Shown here one piece after another: positions 15,480-28,909 of a stretch of DNA of 64,000 bases; position 1 is the first letter of the stretch, and each line of letters begins with the position of its first letter. The position numbers and the translations under genes are program-made. Below the pieces are notes generated by a model. That model had not been told where the DNA came from. It did not search any database and saw only the letters and a program-made list of their open reading frames with translations. Origin of the DNA: Eledone cirrhosa (lineage: Eukaryota); assembly GCA_964016885.1 (NCBI GenBank), contig OZ024756.1, forward strand, positions 4,278,001-4,342,000, in the 5' to 3' direction.

Positions 15480-16610
15480 TAATTGTTTTTACTTTTGGCA
15501 CAAGGCCAGCAATTAAATCAGTGTATTACTGGTACTTTATTTTATCGACCCCGTAAGGATGGATATAATGATATAATTGTTTCTACTTTAGGCACAAGGC
15601 CAGCAATTATCCAGTGCATTACTGGTACTTTATTTTATCGACCCCGTAAGGATGAAAGGCAAAGTCAACCTCGGCGGGATTTGAACTCAGATCGTAAAGG
15701 GACGTAACTATGCTGGAAAGCATGGCGTCCGACCCTCTACCGATACTGCCAATCCACAATGCTTTCTGATTTAGGCAGAAGGCCAACAATTTGAGGGAGG
15801 GGAAAGTCGATTAAATCGACCCAGTACATTACTGGTACTTTATTTTATCGACCCCCGTAAGGATGAAAGGCAGAGCTAATCTCATTAGGATTTAAACTCA
15901 GAACGTAAAGGGTCGTAACTATATACCACAAAGCATGTTGTCCGACGCTCTACTGATTCTGCTATAATCCACTGCTCGAAACAGGTTATAATAAAAACAT
16001 AACTGAGTTTCAATTTGGTCATTTTTTTATCACTTATACATCTTTTGTAATTAGGCTTCGTTGAGGGCAGTATCGGTAGAGCGTCGGACAATATACTTCG
16101 AGGCATAGAGTTACGTCCCTTTACGTTCTCAGTTCAAGTCTCTCTGAGTTGATTTAATCGACTTTCGCTTTCCCCCGAAATTGTTGGCTCTGCGCCTAAA
16201 TCAGAAACCATTATTGTAATTAGGATGGATTGGCAGTATCGGTAGAGCGTCGGATGCCATGCGTTTAGCATAGAGTTACGGCCCTTTACGGTCTAAGTTC
16301 AAATCCCGCCGAGATTAACTTTACCGTTCATCCTTACAGTGTCGATAAAATAAAGTACCAGTCACACACTGGGGTCGATACAATCGACTTTCTCCTCCCC
16401 CAAAATTGCTGGCCTTGTGCATTGACAAAATCAATAGAGCGCCGGACAACATGTTTCGAGGCATAGAATTACAAATCCCACCGAGGTTAGCTTTGCCTTT
16501 CTTCCTTACGAGGTCGATAAAATAAAGTACCAGTAATATACTGGGGTTGATTTAATCAACTTTCCCCTCTCCAAAATGATTGGCCTTGTACCTATAGTAG
16601 AAACTTATAT
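15480..16610. mobile_element. SINE cluster: minus copies 15480-15965, plus copies 16065-16610
   Basis: Repeated family core on both strands. Confidence 0.75.
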
Positions 16611-16659
16611 TAGTTTTCATTTCTTAGTTGAAGACATTGATTTTCATATATTCATTGTG

Positions 16660-16701
16660 TGTTTAGCGTTTCGGAGCTTTCAAGGCTCCATCTTCAGAAT
16701 C
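16660..16701 (-). ncRNA. Minimal hammerhead-like motif (Penelope-type)
   Basis: Minus: CTGAAGA-T-GGAGC-CTTGAAA-GCTCC-GAAA-CGC-TA; stem I weak. Confidence 0.5.
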
Positions 16702-16832
16702 AGAATTGTCATACTACTGCTATATTAATCACGTGCTTGGCTGTGACTATAAAGTATCATGGGAGTGGTAGGAGTTAATAGGCACCTGAATTTAAGCCGT
16801 TGAGAAATTTCAAATTGGTGGTACCTTTAAAC

Positions 16833-17140
16833 CAGGGGTGTGCAACATATTCCATTGGCGGGCCACTTTTGAACATTCGAACAACTATTAGGGCCATTAA
16901 TATTTATTAAGCACTATTCCTAAGATTCACCACAACTTCTTTCCATAACATGGACTGGGGAATTATAACACACATAACCCTATCAGTGAAGCCCAGTATA
17001 GGTCAATTAACAGAAAATTGTATTACGGTTAAAAAAAAATTCTAAATAAGCCTACAAGGTAAAAATTAAAAACGGTCATCGCGGGCCACTCTGACTGGTC
17101 TGGCGAGCCGGATTGTGGCCTGTAGGCCATCTGTTGCACG
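16833..17140. mobile_element. hAT (Charlie-like) MITE with 8-bp TSD
   Basis: Starts CAGGGGTGTGCAAC, ends GTTGCACG (right TIR clipped), GCGGGCC subterminal motifs, CTTTAAAC duplicated at 16825-16832 and 17141-17148. Confidence 0.82.
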
Positions 17141-17374
17141 CTTTAAACAGTTTAATAACAACTCCTGTCCTTTGGATTCAATATAAGCAACTATCGTACT
17201 AACTATAAGAGGATCGGTATGATTCTTTAAATACTCGTCGGTGCCGTTTATATTTAAGCTATTTTGGAAGTAGAACCTTCATTAATAATGCATATATTAC
17301 TGGTTTTGCCCTAATCAAAATGGACCATGGGGTTATTGATATATTTAGAGATAGATTTGTCCAGCTGGATAGAA

Positions 17375-17776
17375 AACTCGGATACGATCGCGAAAACAAG
17401 CCCTCGAAATAGGGTTCCTCCAAAGGGTCTTTGGAGTAACGTTACTCGATAGAGGACGTAGTTTGGAAATCAGAAAGTCGCTCCAGGTAGAGCCGCTACT
17501 TCTCCAAATTGAGGGATCACAGCCCCGACAATATGGATATGTGGTTAGAATGTCTCAGGGAAAGAATCGCTGGACATATTTTACTGGTAAAACCAACCAG
17601 CAGGAGACCCAGAGGTAGACCCTGAGTAAAGATGGTTGGATAACATCCATAAGCTTGGCTGGTCTTACTTGTTGGTGACGGTTGATTCTCACAGGGCCCG
17701 CTTGAAGGTGTGTCTGAGGACTCTGCCCCCACGACCCTCTCAGAATAAGTGGGTGAAGAAGAAGAAGAAGAAGAAG
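17375..17776 (+). mobile_element. RTE-class LINE 3' fragment with (GAA)n tail
   Basis: Highly similar to 7090-7515. Confidence 0.78.
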
Positions 17777-17960
17777 AATTGTTTCTACTTTTGGCACAAG
17801 GCCAGCAATTACCCCAGTGTATTACTGGTACTTTATTGTATCGACCCCGTAAGGATGAAAAACAAAGTTAACCTCGGCGGGATTTGAACTCAGACCATAA
17901 AGAGCCATAACTCTTTGCTGCAAAGCATGGCGTCAGATCCTCTACCGATACTGCCAATCC
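17777..17960 (-). mobile_element. Abundant SINE abutting the (GAA)n tail of an RTE fragment
   Basis: Family core and head present. Confidence 0.75.
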
Positions 17961-18349
17961 CCCAACTGCTAAAATAATATCCTCTCTCTCCCTTCAATTA
18001 TGTATCAATTATTTATATATATATTTACGTATTTAATGTAAAAGGATATAATATAAGTGACCTTCAGTTCCACTTTAGTTTTGAGATGGGGACTTAAGTA
18101 AAATCATTAAGGTTCGACAATTTCCGAATCTTTCTATGTTTTACAAAACTGAAAATCATTGTTACATCATTTCCAGATGTTTCTTTTTTCACCTAACATT
18201 TATATGTATTGTGTCGTTAGTAAAGTATAAAAGGAAACCAAACTTCAAATATTTCTGAATATCGCAGACATTCTTACAATATTTGGACGTGTGGGTTGTT
18301 ACTGGTCACACGGGTTTTCACACGTTAAGACAATTATTATATTTCAGTG

Positions 18350-18498
18350 GTTGGGTTAGAACTAGTCTCGCTTGGGGATCCAGCCGGATCAGTTGGAAAC
18401 GGTTGCTTCTGACAGGACCTGCTGAAAGGAATGTTTGAAGACCCTACCCCCCCCCCCCACCCTCTCAGGGATAAGTGGACATCAAAGAAGAAGAAGAA
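18350..18498 (+). mobile_element. Short 3' fragment of the (GAA)n-tailed RTE family
   Basis: TCTCGCTTGGGGATCCAGCCGGATCAGTTGGA matches the reverse complement of 49990-50021; ends CCCTCTCAG...AAGAAG. Confidence 0.6.
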
Positions 18499-18559
18499 GG
18501 GTTACATGTCAAACTTCGTCTGCTGTTCATATTTAAATGGCTTCAATAAATTGTATATT

Positions 18560-19720
18560 AGTAGAGTCGTGAGAGAGTAGGTCCAAATAAAAATGCTTTG
18601 TGATATTTTTCCGGCTCTCTGCACAGAGTTCAAACCCCGTCGAGGTCAATTTTACCATTTATCATTTAGGGACCAATAAAATAGAGTGCCATTCCAGATC
18701 TATGATATGTTAGAAATGTTAGACCGTGGGACGAGATGCCTTCTAGTAACTATGTCCAATTTTTACCTTATTTCTTCACAGTTGCGGCCCTTTACGTTCT
18801 GAATTTAAATCCCGCCGAGATTAGCTTTGCTTTTCATCCTTACGAGGACGATATAATAAAGTACCAGTAATGTACTGGGGTCGATTTAATCGACCCCCCC
18901 CCCTCTCCCCCCAAAAAGTCGGCCTTGTGCCTAAAGTAGAAATCATCTTTGCAGCTTAGAGTTACGGCCCGTTGCGTTCTAAGTTCAAGTCCCGCCAAGA
19001 TTAACTTTGCTTTTCATCCTTACGAGGACGATATAATAAAGCACCAGTAATGTACTGGGGTCGATTTAATAGACTTCCCCCTCCCCCAAATGATTACTGG
19101 CCTTGTGCCAAAAGTAGAAAGAATTATTATTATTATGGCGGATTGGCAGAATCGGTAGAGGGTCGGAAGCCATGCTTTGCAGCAAAGAGTTACGCCTCTT
19201 TACGGACTGAGTTCAAATCCCACCGAGGTTAACTTTGCCTTTCATCCTTACGGGGTCGATAAAATAAAGTACCAGTCACGTACTGGGGTCGATTTAATAG
19301 ACCCCCCCCCCCCAAAAAAAAACATTTCTGACCTTGTGCCTATAGTAGAAAGCATTATTTTGAACTACGGTGGATATTAATTTGAAGCGTGGTAGATTGG
19401 CAGTGTCACGAGATCGTCAGATAACATATTTTGCGGCATAGAGTGATGGCCCATTACGGACTGAGTTCAAATCCCGCCATTATAATCACCACCTTCACCA
19501 ACATTTTCATCACTATCATATCGGTAGAGGGTCGGACGCCATGCTTTTCAGCATAGAGTTACGTCCCTTTACGTTCTGAGTTCAAATCCCGCCGAGGTTA
19601 ACTTTCTCCTGTCATCGTTACGTGGAGGGGGGAGGGGGGTTCGTTAAAATAAAGTACCAGTAATGCACTGGCGCTAATTGCTGGCCTTGTGCCCCGACCC
19701 CCCAAATAGAAACAATTATT
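18560..19720 (+). mobile_element. Head-to-tail SINE cluster (about 5-6 copies or fragments)
   Basis: Repeated GTTCAAATCCCGCCGAG..TTTCATCCTTACG..AAAGTACCAG. Confidence 0.75.
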
Positions 19721-19805
19721 ATAATATTATAATCATCATCGTCCTAATTGTCGTCATCCGCCTCTTCCCCCTCCTCCTACACATCACAACAATCATCATC
19801 ATCAT

Positions 19806-19859
<54 letters not shown>

Positions 19860-19874
19860 AATCATAATCATCAT

Positions 19875-19915
<41 letters not shown>

Positions 19916-20119
19916 CTAATCCTATGGCCGCCATTGTAACAGTCGTATTTATTGTACATGCATGATATTTTCTGTTAATATAAAACACACCTAGCCTGGC
20001 CTACATACTCTGTCAATACGCATGCGTGTGTTTATACGGTTGTGTGTGTATGTCCTTCCTTATGTAAGCCCGTTTTTATGTGTATTTCTTTATGTATATA
20101 TATGTTCTAAATTCTCAAA

Positions 20120-21487
<1,368 letters not shown>

Positions 21488-21661
21488 TTTCAAAGAGCTC
21501 TGGATATAAACATAGCTACCTTGTTTGAAAGAAAACTACCGGAAGCTCATTTGTGTTTGCATCGAAACTTAACTCCGTAAATATAAACATGGCTTCTTCA
21601 TTCTACATTGGATTAGTTCGCAAAAATTGTAACTGAATATATATATATACATATATATATA

Positions 21662-22098
21662 TACGATATTAATAAATGGAAACTATATTTATAAAACCAT
21701 ATTTATTTCATTATACATATTTCAGGGATACCACATTAAATTATGGTATGCCTTCATCAGACAAAATACAATATATAACAGTTTTACAGATAGGTTTGAC
21801 GTACCCTTTAAAATGGAGGCTGTCTGACTATCCAGACAGCCTCCAAAAGTAATGGTTGTATTTTAAAGGGTACGTCAAACCTATTTGTAAAACTGTTATA
21901 TATTGTATTTTGTCTGATGAAGGCATACCATAATTTAATGTGGTATCCCTGAAACATGTATAATGAAATAAATATGGTTTTATAAATATAGTTTCCATTT
22001 ATTAATATCGTATATCTACTCCAAAAATTTGTCGAGTGCTTTATATCAGTTATAAAAATATTTACTTGTTGTATCCCAACAATTTTAAATAGAACTTT

Positions 22099-22100
<2 letters not shown>
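21662..22100. repeat. Penelope-like terminal-repeat fragment forming a long inverted repeat (about 21662-22012) between (TA)n arrays
   Basis: Arms are near-perfect reverse complements around GGAGGCTGTCTG..CAGACAGCCTCC; hammerhead in each arm. Family members at 4313-4505, 55703-56140, 59720-59902, 290-425. Confidence 0.75.
21906..21970 (+). ncRNA. Type I hammerhead ribozyme motif (mirror copy on minus at 21704-21768)
   Basis: TATTTTGT-CTGATGA-AGGCATACCA..TGGTATCCCT-GAAA-CATGTA-TA-ATGAAATA. Confidence 0.75.
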
Positions 22101-22163
<63 letters not shown>

Positions 22164-22227
22164 ATATATATATGTGTGTATGTGTATGTGTGTGGGGGGG
22201 TGTAAATCTGATGTTTTCGAATATTAA

Positions 22228-22410
22228 TAACTGTTTCTACTCTTGGCACAAGGCCAGCAATTAGTCCAGTGTATTACTGGTACTTTATTTTATCGACCCC
22301 GTAAGGATGAAAGACAAAGTTTACCTTCGCGGGATTTGAACTCAGACGATAAAGGGCCGTAACTCCTTTCTGCAAACATGGTGTCAGACCCTCTACTGAT
22401 ACTGCCAATA
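22228..22410 (-). mobile_element. Abundant SINE
   Basis: Family core and head present. Confidence 0.75.
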
Positions 22411-22549
22411 TTCGATTTGTTTACAATTGTGGAAACAGCCTCTTTAAGCCATGTGAGTAGATTGATTCCGTTATTCTTGCTCTTGTGTTGGCATGTAAAC
22501 AGAACGGCAGACTCTATACATATATATGTAGTGAGTAAGATAGATAGAT

Positions 22550-22593
<44 letters not shown>

Positions 22594-22594
<1 letters not shown>

Positions 22595-22867
22595 GAGGCA
22601 CGTGGCCTAGTGGTAAGGGTGTTGGACTTACCGTCTTAATGTCCTGGGTTCGATTCTTGGGTTGCGTGTTGTGTTCTTGAGCAAAACACTTTGTTCCAGT
22701 ACACTCAGCTGAAAATGAGTACCAGCAATAGCTGGGGTTTAAACCCTGCGATGGACTGGCGTCCTGTCCCGGTGGTAGTCTTGTGCTCTCTGTCGCTTCA
22801 CGCCATGAAGCCGGGATAAGCACCGGCCAAATGAGCCTTCGCGCTTAAGACAGATTTTAGACTTTTA
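22594..22867 (+). mobile_element. tRNA-derived SINE with V-SINE-like domain
   Basis: TGGCCTAGTGG and GGTTCGATTC boxes; CCTGCGATGGACTGGCGTCCTGTCC motif. Confidence 0.75.
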
Positions 22868-22873
22868 TGTATA

Positions 22874-22921
<48 letters not shown>

Positions 22922-22924
<3 letters not shown>

Positions 22925-23321
22925 TCCCATACAGCTCTGAGCTTTTCATCCTCAGTGTATACTGATTAATGTTCAGAGCCATCCTCAACATTCTCGTGTA
23001 GCACCCATCCACCATCTGAGTGAGTTTCTTGGTCAGTGTCCAAGTCTCAGACCCATACAGCAGCACAGACTCCACTACAGCAATGAAGAGGCGGACTTTC
23101 AGGTCTCTACGAAGGTCCGACTTCCACACCGATCTCAAGCTGTGACACGCCGCCCAGGCCTTGCTCTTCCTCTCAACCACATCATCTTCCGTATTCCCAA
23201 TCTTTGCTCCCAAGGACAGACACTGGTCTGTTGGAGACGCAGGACATGGCAGCGATAATGAGGGACAGAGACCGCTGGAGAGAACACTCCATGGATCTCG
23301 GGAATTTTACCCGCCTTAGAA
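22922..23321 (+). mobile_element. RTE-class LINE 3' end (plus, about 23200-23321) with inverted 5' segment (minus, about 22922-23195)
   Basis: Minus: KVRLFIAVVESVLLYGSETWTL..DGCYTRMLRMALN..ELYG. Plus: DTGLLETQDMAAIMRDRDRWRE. (TA)n on both sides. Confidence 0.78.
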
Positions 23322-23475
23322 TATATATACTTATATATATACACATATATAGGAGGGAGGGTTGTGTACGTGATTGCATGTGTTTGTATGTGCTGTGTTT
23401 CAATGTCTGTGTCTGTGTATTTTATCTACATATTCTCTCATTTCACTAATATGAAATAATTTGTGGGTTGATTTA

Positions 23476-23760
23476 ATAATTGTTTCTACTTTTGACACAA
23501 GGCCTGAAAATTACCCAGTACATTACTGGTACTTTATTTTATCGACCCCAGTATGGATGAAAGGCAAAGTTAACCTCGGCGGGATTTGAACTCAGATCGT
23601 AAAGGGACGTAACTGTGCTGCAAAGCATGGCGTCCGACCCTCTACCGATACTGCCAATCCACCACCCTAACATGGCGTCCTACCCTCTACCGATACTGCC
23701 AATCCACCACCCTAACATGGCGTCCTACCCTCTACCGATACTGCCAATCCACCACCCTAT
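23476..23760 (-). mobile_element. Abundant SINE with triplicated 45-bp head segment
   Basis: CATGGCGTCC.ACCCTCTACCGATACTGCCAATCCACCACCCTA at about 23627, 23671 and 23716. Confidence 0.8.
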
Positions 23761-24221
23761 CAGTATCAGTAATATAATGGTGTCTACAGAGAGCTACAAT
23801 AAACACAACAGCCAAAACAATTTTCAGAAACAATACGCCATTGTCTCTCCTTCCAGCACTACCATCAATACCAGCCATAGACACACTCTTATATACGGTG
23901 AGAGCCGCCGCCATTACTGCTTAACGTCATTAATCTGAGAGCTGCCTCTGATTTCTATAACAAACGGCAGCCATCTTAGAGAGTCGTATTTGCTTAACCC
24001 GAGAACACTCTAATCCGTTTATCTCGAAACAAGGATTAAATAAGCGAAAGAAAACAAGACCAATACAGCGTGTCCACCACCACCACCATCATTGTTGCCG
24101 CCACCTCTAGCTCTGCCACCACCACCACCACCACAATCGCCAACACCACCACAACTATTGCCACCACCTCCAGCTCCACCATAATCACTGACAGAACTAT
24201 CACAGGCGTTTTATTTTCACT

Positions 24222-24298
<77 letters not shown>

Positions 24299-25105
24299 CG
24301 CTCTCTATCACACTCACACACACTCTCTCTCTCTCTCTCGCTCTCTCCCTCTCTCTCTCTCTATCTATCTATCTATCTCTCTCTCTCCCTCTCTCTCTCT
24401 CACTCTCTCTCACTCTTCCTCCTCCCCGTGTCTCTCTCTCTCACACTCACACACACTCTCTCTGTAACTCGCTTTCTCTCTCTCTATCTTTCTCTATCCC
24501 CCCCATCTCACACTCAGACACACTCACTCTGTCACTCGCTTTCTCTCTCTCTCTCTTTCTCTATTCCTCTTTCCCCCCTCTCTCACAAACTCACACACAC
24601 ACAATCTCTCTGTCACTCGCTTTCTCTCTTTTTCTCTATCCCCCCCCCCTCCTCCTCTCTCTATTTAACTCTCACACACACACTCTCTCTCTCACTATTC
24701 CTCTCCCCCCTCTCTCTCTCTGCTCCTCTATCTCTCTCTCTAAGCCTGTCACCACAACATGGCCGCCATCCATACAATAGAACTGCCTCCAAATAATACA
24801 CAGCAGTCTGATGCCATCACTAAATAAATCAGCTTCACCGTCGTTCACGGGTCAATGAAAGATTTAGACACCCAATGCGAAAAACCAGCAATGACACGAA
24901 CAATCAGCGTTATTATTTCTAAATATAGTCACGTGTTCTCTGCACGTGGATCTCGTGCAACTCAGAGCATGCGCCTTTTATTTCACATTGATATACGCGT
25001 GTGCAGCTCGATTGAATAAATATTAGGCGTTATATTGTTTATATTTATATATATATATATATATAATAATATATATATATGTGTGTGTATGTGTATATAT
25101 ATATG

Positions 25106-25152
<47 letters not shown>

Positions 25153-25391
25153 ATATATATATTGTTTTTTCCTAATAAAATAGATGTAGTGGCCAGTTCA
25201 TTAAAACAATATAAATGGTGGCGTGGAACTTTTAAAGGAGCACACGGCAAACTGTTTACTGGCGTCTTTCTCCATACTTAGACACATACACATACAAACA
25301 GATCAAGGTCTTACATATATATATATATATAAACACACATACACACACTAGACACATACGCAAACAGATCCAAGTCTTATATATATATATA

Positions 25392-25686
25392 CTAGCAGAA
25401 TGGCCCGGCGTTGCTCGGGATTTGCTCTAGGGTTCTTATATATTTGATATATATTTATCCTTATCGAGCCTCGTGAAATAAATACGTTTGTTTATATTTT
25501 GTTATTGTGTAAACTCACATACACTCACTAGACACATGCACACACACACACGGGACACATACACACAAACAGATCCAAGTCTTACACACATAGAAACACA
25601 TATACACTCACGCATACGCCGCGTCTTATACGGAAATCCTTCGTAGTGTGACTTAAACACTTCCTTTCATAGCTTTATATATTAAG
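25392..25686 (-). mobile_element. Non-autonomous Helitron
   Basis: Minus strand ends CCCGAGCAACGCCGGGCCATTCTGCTAG|T; 5' end resembles CTTAATATATAAAGCT. Confidence 0.7.
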
Positions 25687-25743
25687 TGTAATATACTTTA
25701 TATATATATTTTTATTTAATAAAATAGATGCAGTCACTATTTA

Positions 25744-25815
<72 letters not shown>

Positions 25816-26295
25816 CAAGAAAGAAGATTGACATGGTTCATATATATATATATATACAAACACATAATATATATATATGTTTGTTGGGGTGCCTCTTTTG
25901 GAGGTGCATACATACATAGACACACGGTAACTACCCACATCCCCACACACACATGTACGCACTCACTCACACACACATACACACACACATATATATATAT
26001 ATACATATAATTACACATACACATATATAAACACACATGTACTCATATAAAGTGTATTATACAGAAAACATCATCATGTTATTTAAACACTTCCTTTCAC
26101 ATCTTTAATCTCATTCAGTTACCCAGAGCTTATTACTGTATTATTGTTAAAATAACTGAAGATATAATTAGAGTTACGTGTGGCACAGGGCCGCCAAAAT
26201 CTTTTATAGTCTTTGTTTATGTTATTTTGCTTTGCGAGTTCATCTCCCGTCTGGCTCAAGTTTTCCTATCATTCATTATTTTACCGATATGACAA

Positions 26296-26600
26296 TGGTT
26301 TTTAATTTAAGCACAAGGCCAGAATTTTGAGCAAGGGGGGAATTCGATTTAAATGACCCCAGTGCGTTACTGGTACTTTATTTTATCGATCCCGTAAGGA
26401 TGAAAAGCAGAGTTAACTTTGGCACGATTTGACGTAATTATATGCCGTAAAACATTGTGTCCAACGCTAACCGATACTGACAGTATTTCACCCTTATTGT
26501 ACCGATAAAATAATTGCTTCTACGTTTGACACAATGCCAGCAATTACTGCAGTGCATTACTGGTACTTTATTTTATCGATCCCGTAAGGATGAAAGGTAA
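26296..26600 (-). mobile_element. Two diverged SINE copies
   Basis: TGGTACTTTATTTTATCGATCCCGTAAGGATGAAA twice. Confidence 0.7.
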
Positions 26601-26674
26601 ATTTAAATGTGGGGAGAGGAAATTTGATTTTACGGATCCCAGTACTTTACTGAGGCGCCTAACCTTTACTTGAA

Positions 26675-27640
26675 TGGAGTTGCATGACCTTGTGGCAAGG
26701 GTGTTGGACATATGATCGTAAAGTTGTGGGTTCGATTCCTGGGTTGTGTATTGTGTTCTTATGCAAAACACTGCATTTCACATTGGTCATGTAAACTCGG
26801 CTGAAAATGAGTACCAGGGTTTAATAATGGGATGGACTGGTGTCCTGTCCAGGGGAAATATTGTACTCTCAGTCGCTTCACATTACTGAAACTGGAATAA
26901 GCACCGGCTAAATGAGGCTCTTGGTTCGAGACAGACGTTAACTCTGGGATGGACTGGTGTCCTGTCCAGGGGAAATCTTGTACTCTCAGTTGCTTCACGC
27001 CACAAAACTGGGATAAGCACTGGCTAAATGAGTCTCTTGGTTCGAGACAGACGTTAACCCTGGGATGGACTGGTGTCCTGTCCAGTGGGGTGTCTTTTAC
27101 TTTCAGTCGCTTCACGCCACAAAACTGGAATAAACACCGGCTAAATGAGGCTCTTGGTTCGTGACAGACATTAACCCTGTGATGGACTGGTGTCCTGTCC
27201 AGGGGAAATCTTGTACTCTCAGTCGCTTCACGCCACAAAACTGGAATAAACACCGGCTAAATGAGCCTCTTGGTTCGCGAGAGACGTTAACCCCGGGATG
27301 GACTGGTGTCCTGTCCAGGGGAAATCTTGTACTCTCAGTCGCTTCACGCCACAAAACTGGGATAAGCACTGGCTAAATGAGCCTCTTGGTTCGCGAGAGA
27401 CGTTAACCCCGGGATGGACTGGTGTCCTGTCCAGGGGAAATCTTGTACTCTCAGTCGCTTCACGCCACAAAACTGGGATAAGCACTGGCTAAATGAGCCT
27501 CTTGGTTCGCGAGAGACGTTAACCCTGGGATGGACTGGTGTCCTGTCCAGTGGGGTGTCTTTTACTTCAGTCGCTTCACGCCTCGAAACTGGGAAAATCA
27601 CCAGTCTGATAAGCCTCCTGGCTCGAGAGAAACTTCAGTC
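26675..27640 (+). repeat. V-SINE-like element with its 3' half amplified to 7 tandem 116-117 bp units
   Basis: GATGGACTGG at 26831, 26948, 27064, 27181, 27297, 27413, 27529; single tRNA-like head at about 26675-26745. Confidence 0.88.
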
Positions 27641-27709
27641 TTTACTGATACTTTAGAATATATAAAAAAATGAAATAAAAGTAAATGTGATAAAAAATAA
27701 TATGGAATG

Positions 27710-27885
27710 GAATTCCGTCGGTGTCTACGATGCTGTTCGATCAACAAAACAGCTTACTCAGGTAATTAACAGATAAGTGTCTGAGCATTCCACAGACTCG
27801 TGTAACTTTAACGTAGTTTTCAAGAATAATCAGCGTATCAGTGTGTAACAAGAATGAGCCTTTTAGTTATTGGTACAGTTCATCC
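27710..27885. mobile_element. Old SINE-like repeat fragment
   Basis: CTGAGCATTCCACAGACTCGTGTAACTTTAACGTAGTT resembles a common octopod SINE as I recall it; single copy here. Confidence 0.4.
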
Positions 27886-28009
27886 AGTGGGCTTCTAAGC
27901 AGTCTCCGTCTACACAATTGCATTCACATGAAATTCTCACCTTAACCACACCTCCCACTACTATCACAGTTCTATTGAATCTATTGCCGTGACAATGGCC
28001 TCCCTCTTA

Positions 28010-28266
28010 ACTACCACCACCACGAACACCACTTCCATCATCACCACTACTACAACCACCACCACCACAATCATCACCACCACAACCACCACCACCTCTA
28101 TCATTACCGCGACCACCACTACCACCACCACGACCACAACAACCACCACCACATTATCATTACCGCGACCACCACCACTACCACCATGACCACAACAACC
28201 ACCACCACAACCACTACTACCACCGCCTCCGCTACCACCAGCAGCACAACCACTACCACGACGACC

Positions 28267-28297
<31 letters not shown>

Positions 28298-28462
28298 CCA
28301 TCATCACCACCACCACCAACACGCCGCACTACCTTCACCAACACCACCACCACCACCACCAACACTATCACCAACACCACCACCACCAACACTATCACCA
28401 GCACCACTACCACCACCGCCACCACCGCGCCCCAACCCCCTTAAAACCACCACCACTACCAC
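28010..28462. repeat. (ACC)n-type trinucleotide array
   Basis: Direct reading. Confidence 0.88.
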
Positions 28463-28909
28463 AGTAAATCTTCCCACTCCATTGTAACTCATACATTTCA
28501 ATTAGCATTTGGTTGAACAACATATTTGTAGAAAGGATCAGGGTTAAGTGACGCCATCTACATTTGAAAGAGTTGGCTGGATTAGGGCTGGCTTTAACAC
28601 ACACTTGCAAATAAATAGATAGATAAATAGATAGATAGATAGATACATTTCTTTTATTTGCCACTAGGGCATCAAAAGTGGGACAAGTACAAAGGGGGGA
28701 GTTTACACAAAAAGGCGTCCTCAATAAGGAGGAGGCAATAACAAAATATAAAAATAAAATAAGATATAACAAAAAATAAAATTTTTAACAAAATCCTCAA
28801 TAGAGAGGAGGCGCCTTGGGGGGTCGCACACACCCCCGAAAAAAGTGTGCAACCCTTCTCCTCAGGAGCACAGAGAAGGGGTGCTCCCTTGGTCTTTCAT
28901 CTTCCTCAC

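Noticed and set aside
26831-27640. Hammerhead ribozyme in the 116-bp tandem unit (retrozyme-like array)
   Set aside because: CTAAATGAG...GAGAC lacks the CUGANGA and GAAA cores; more likely the LINE-derived 3' stem-loop.
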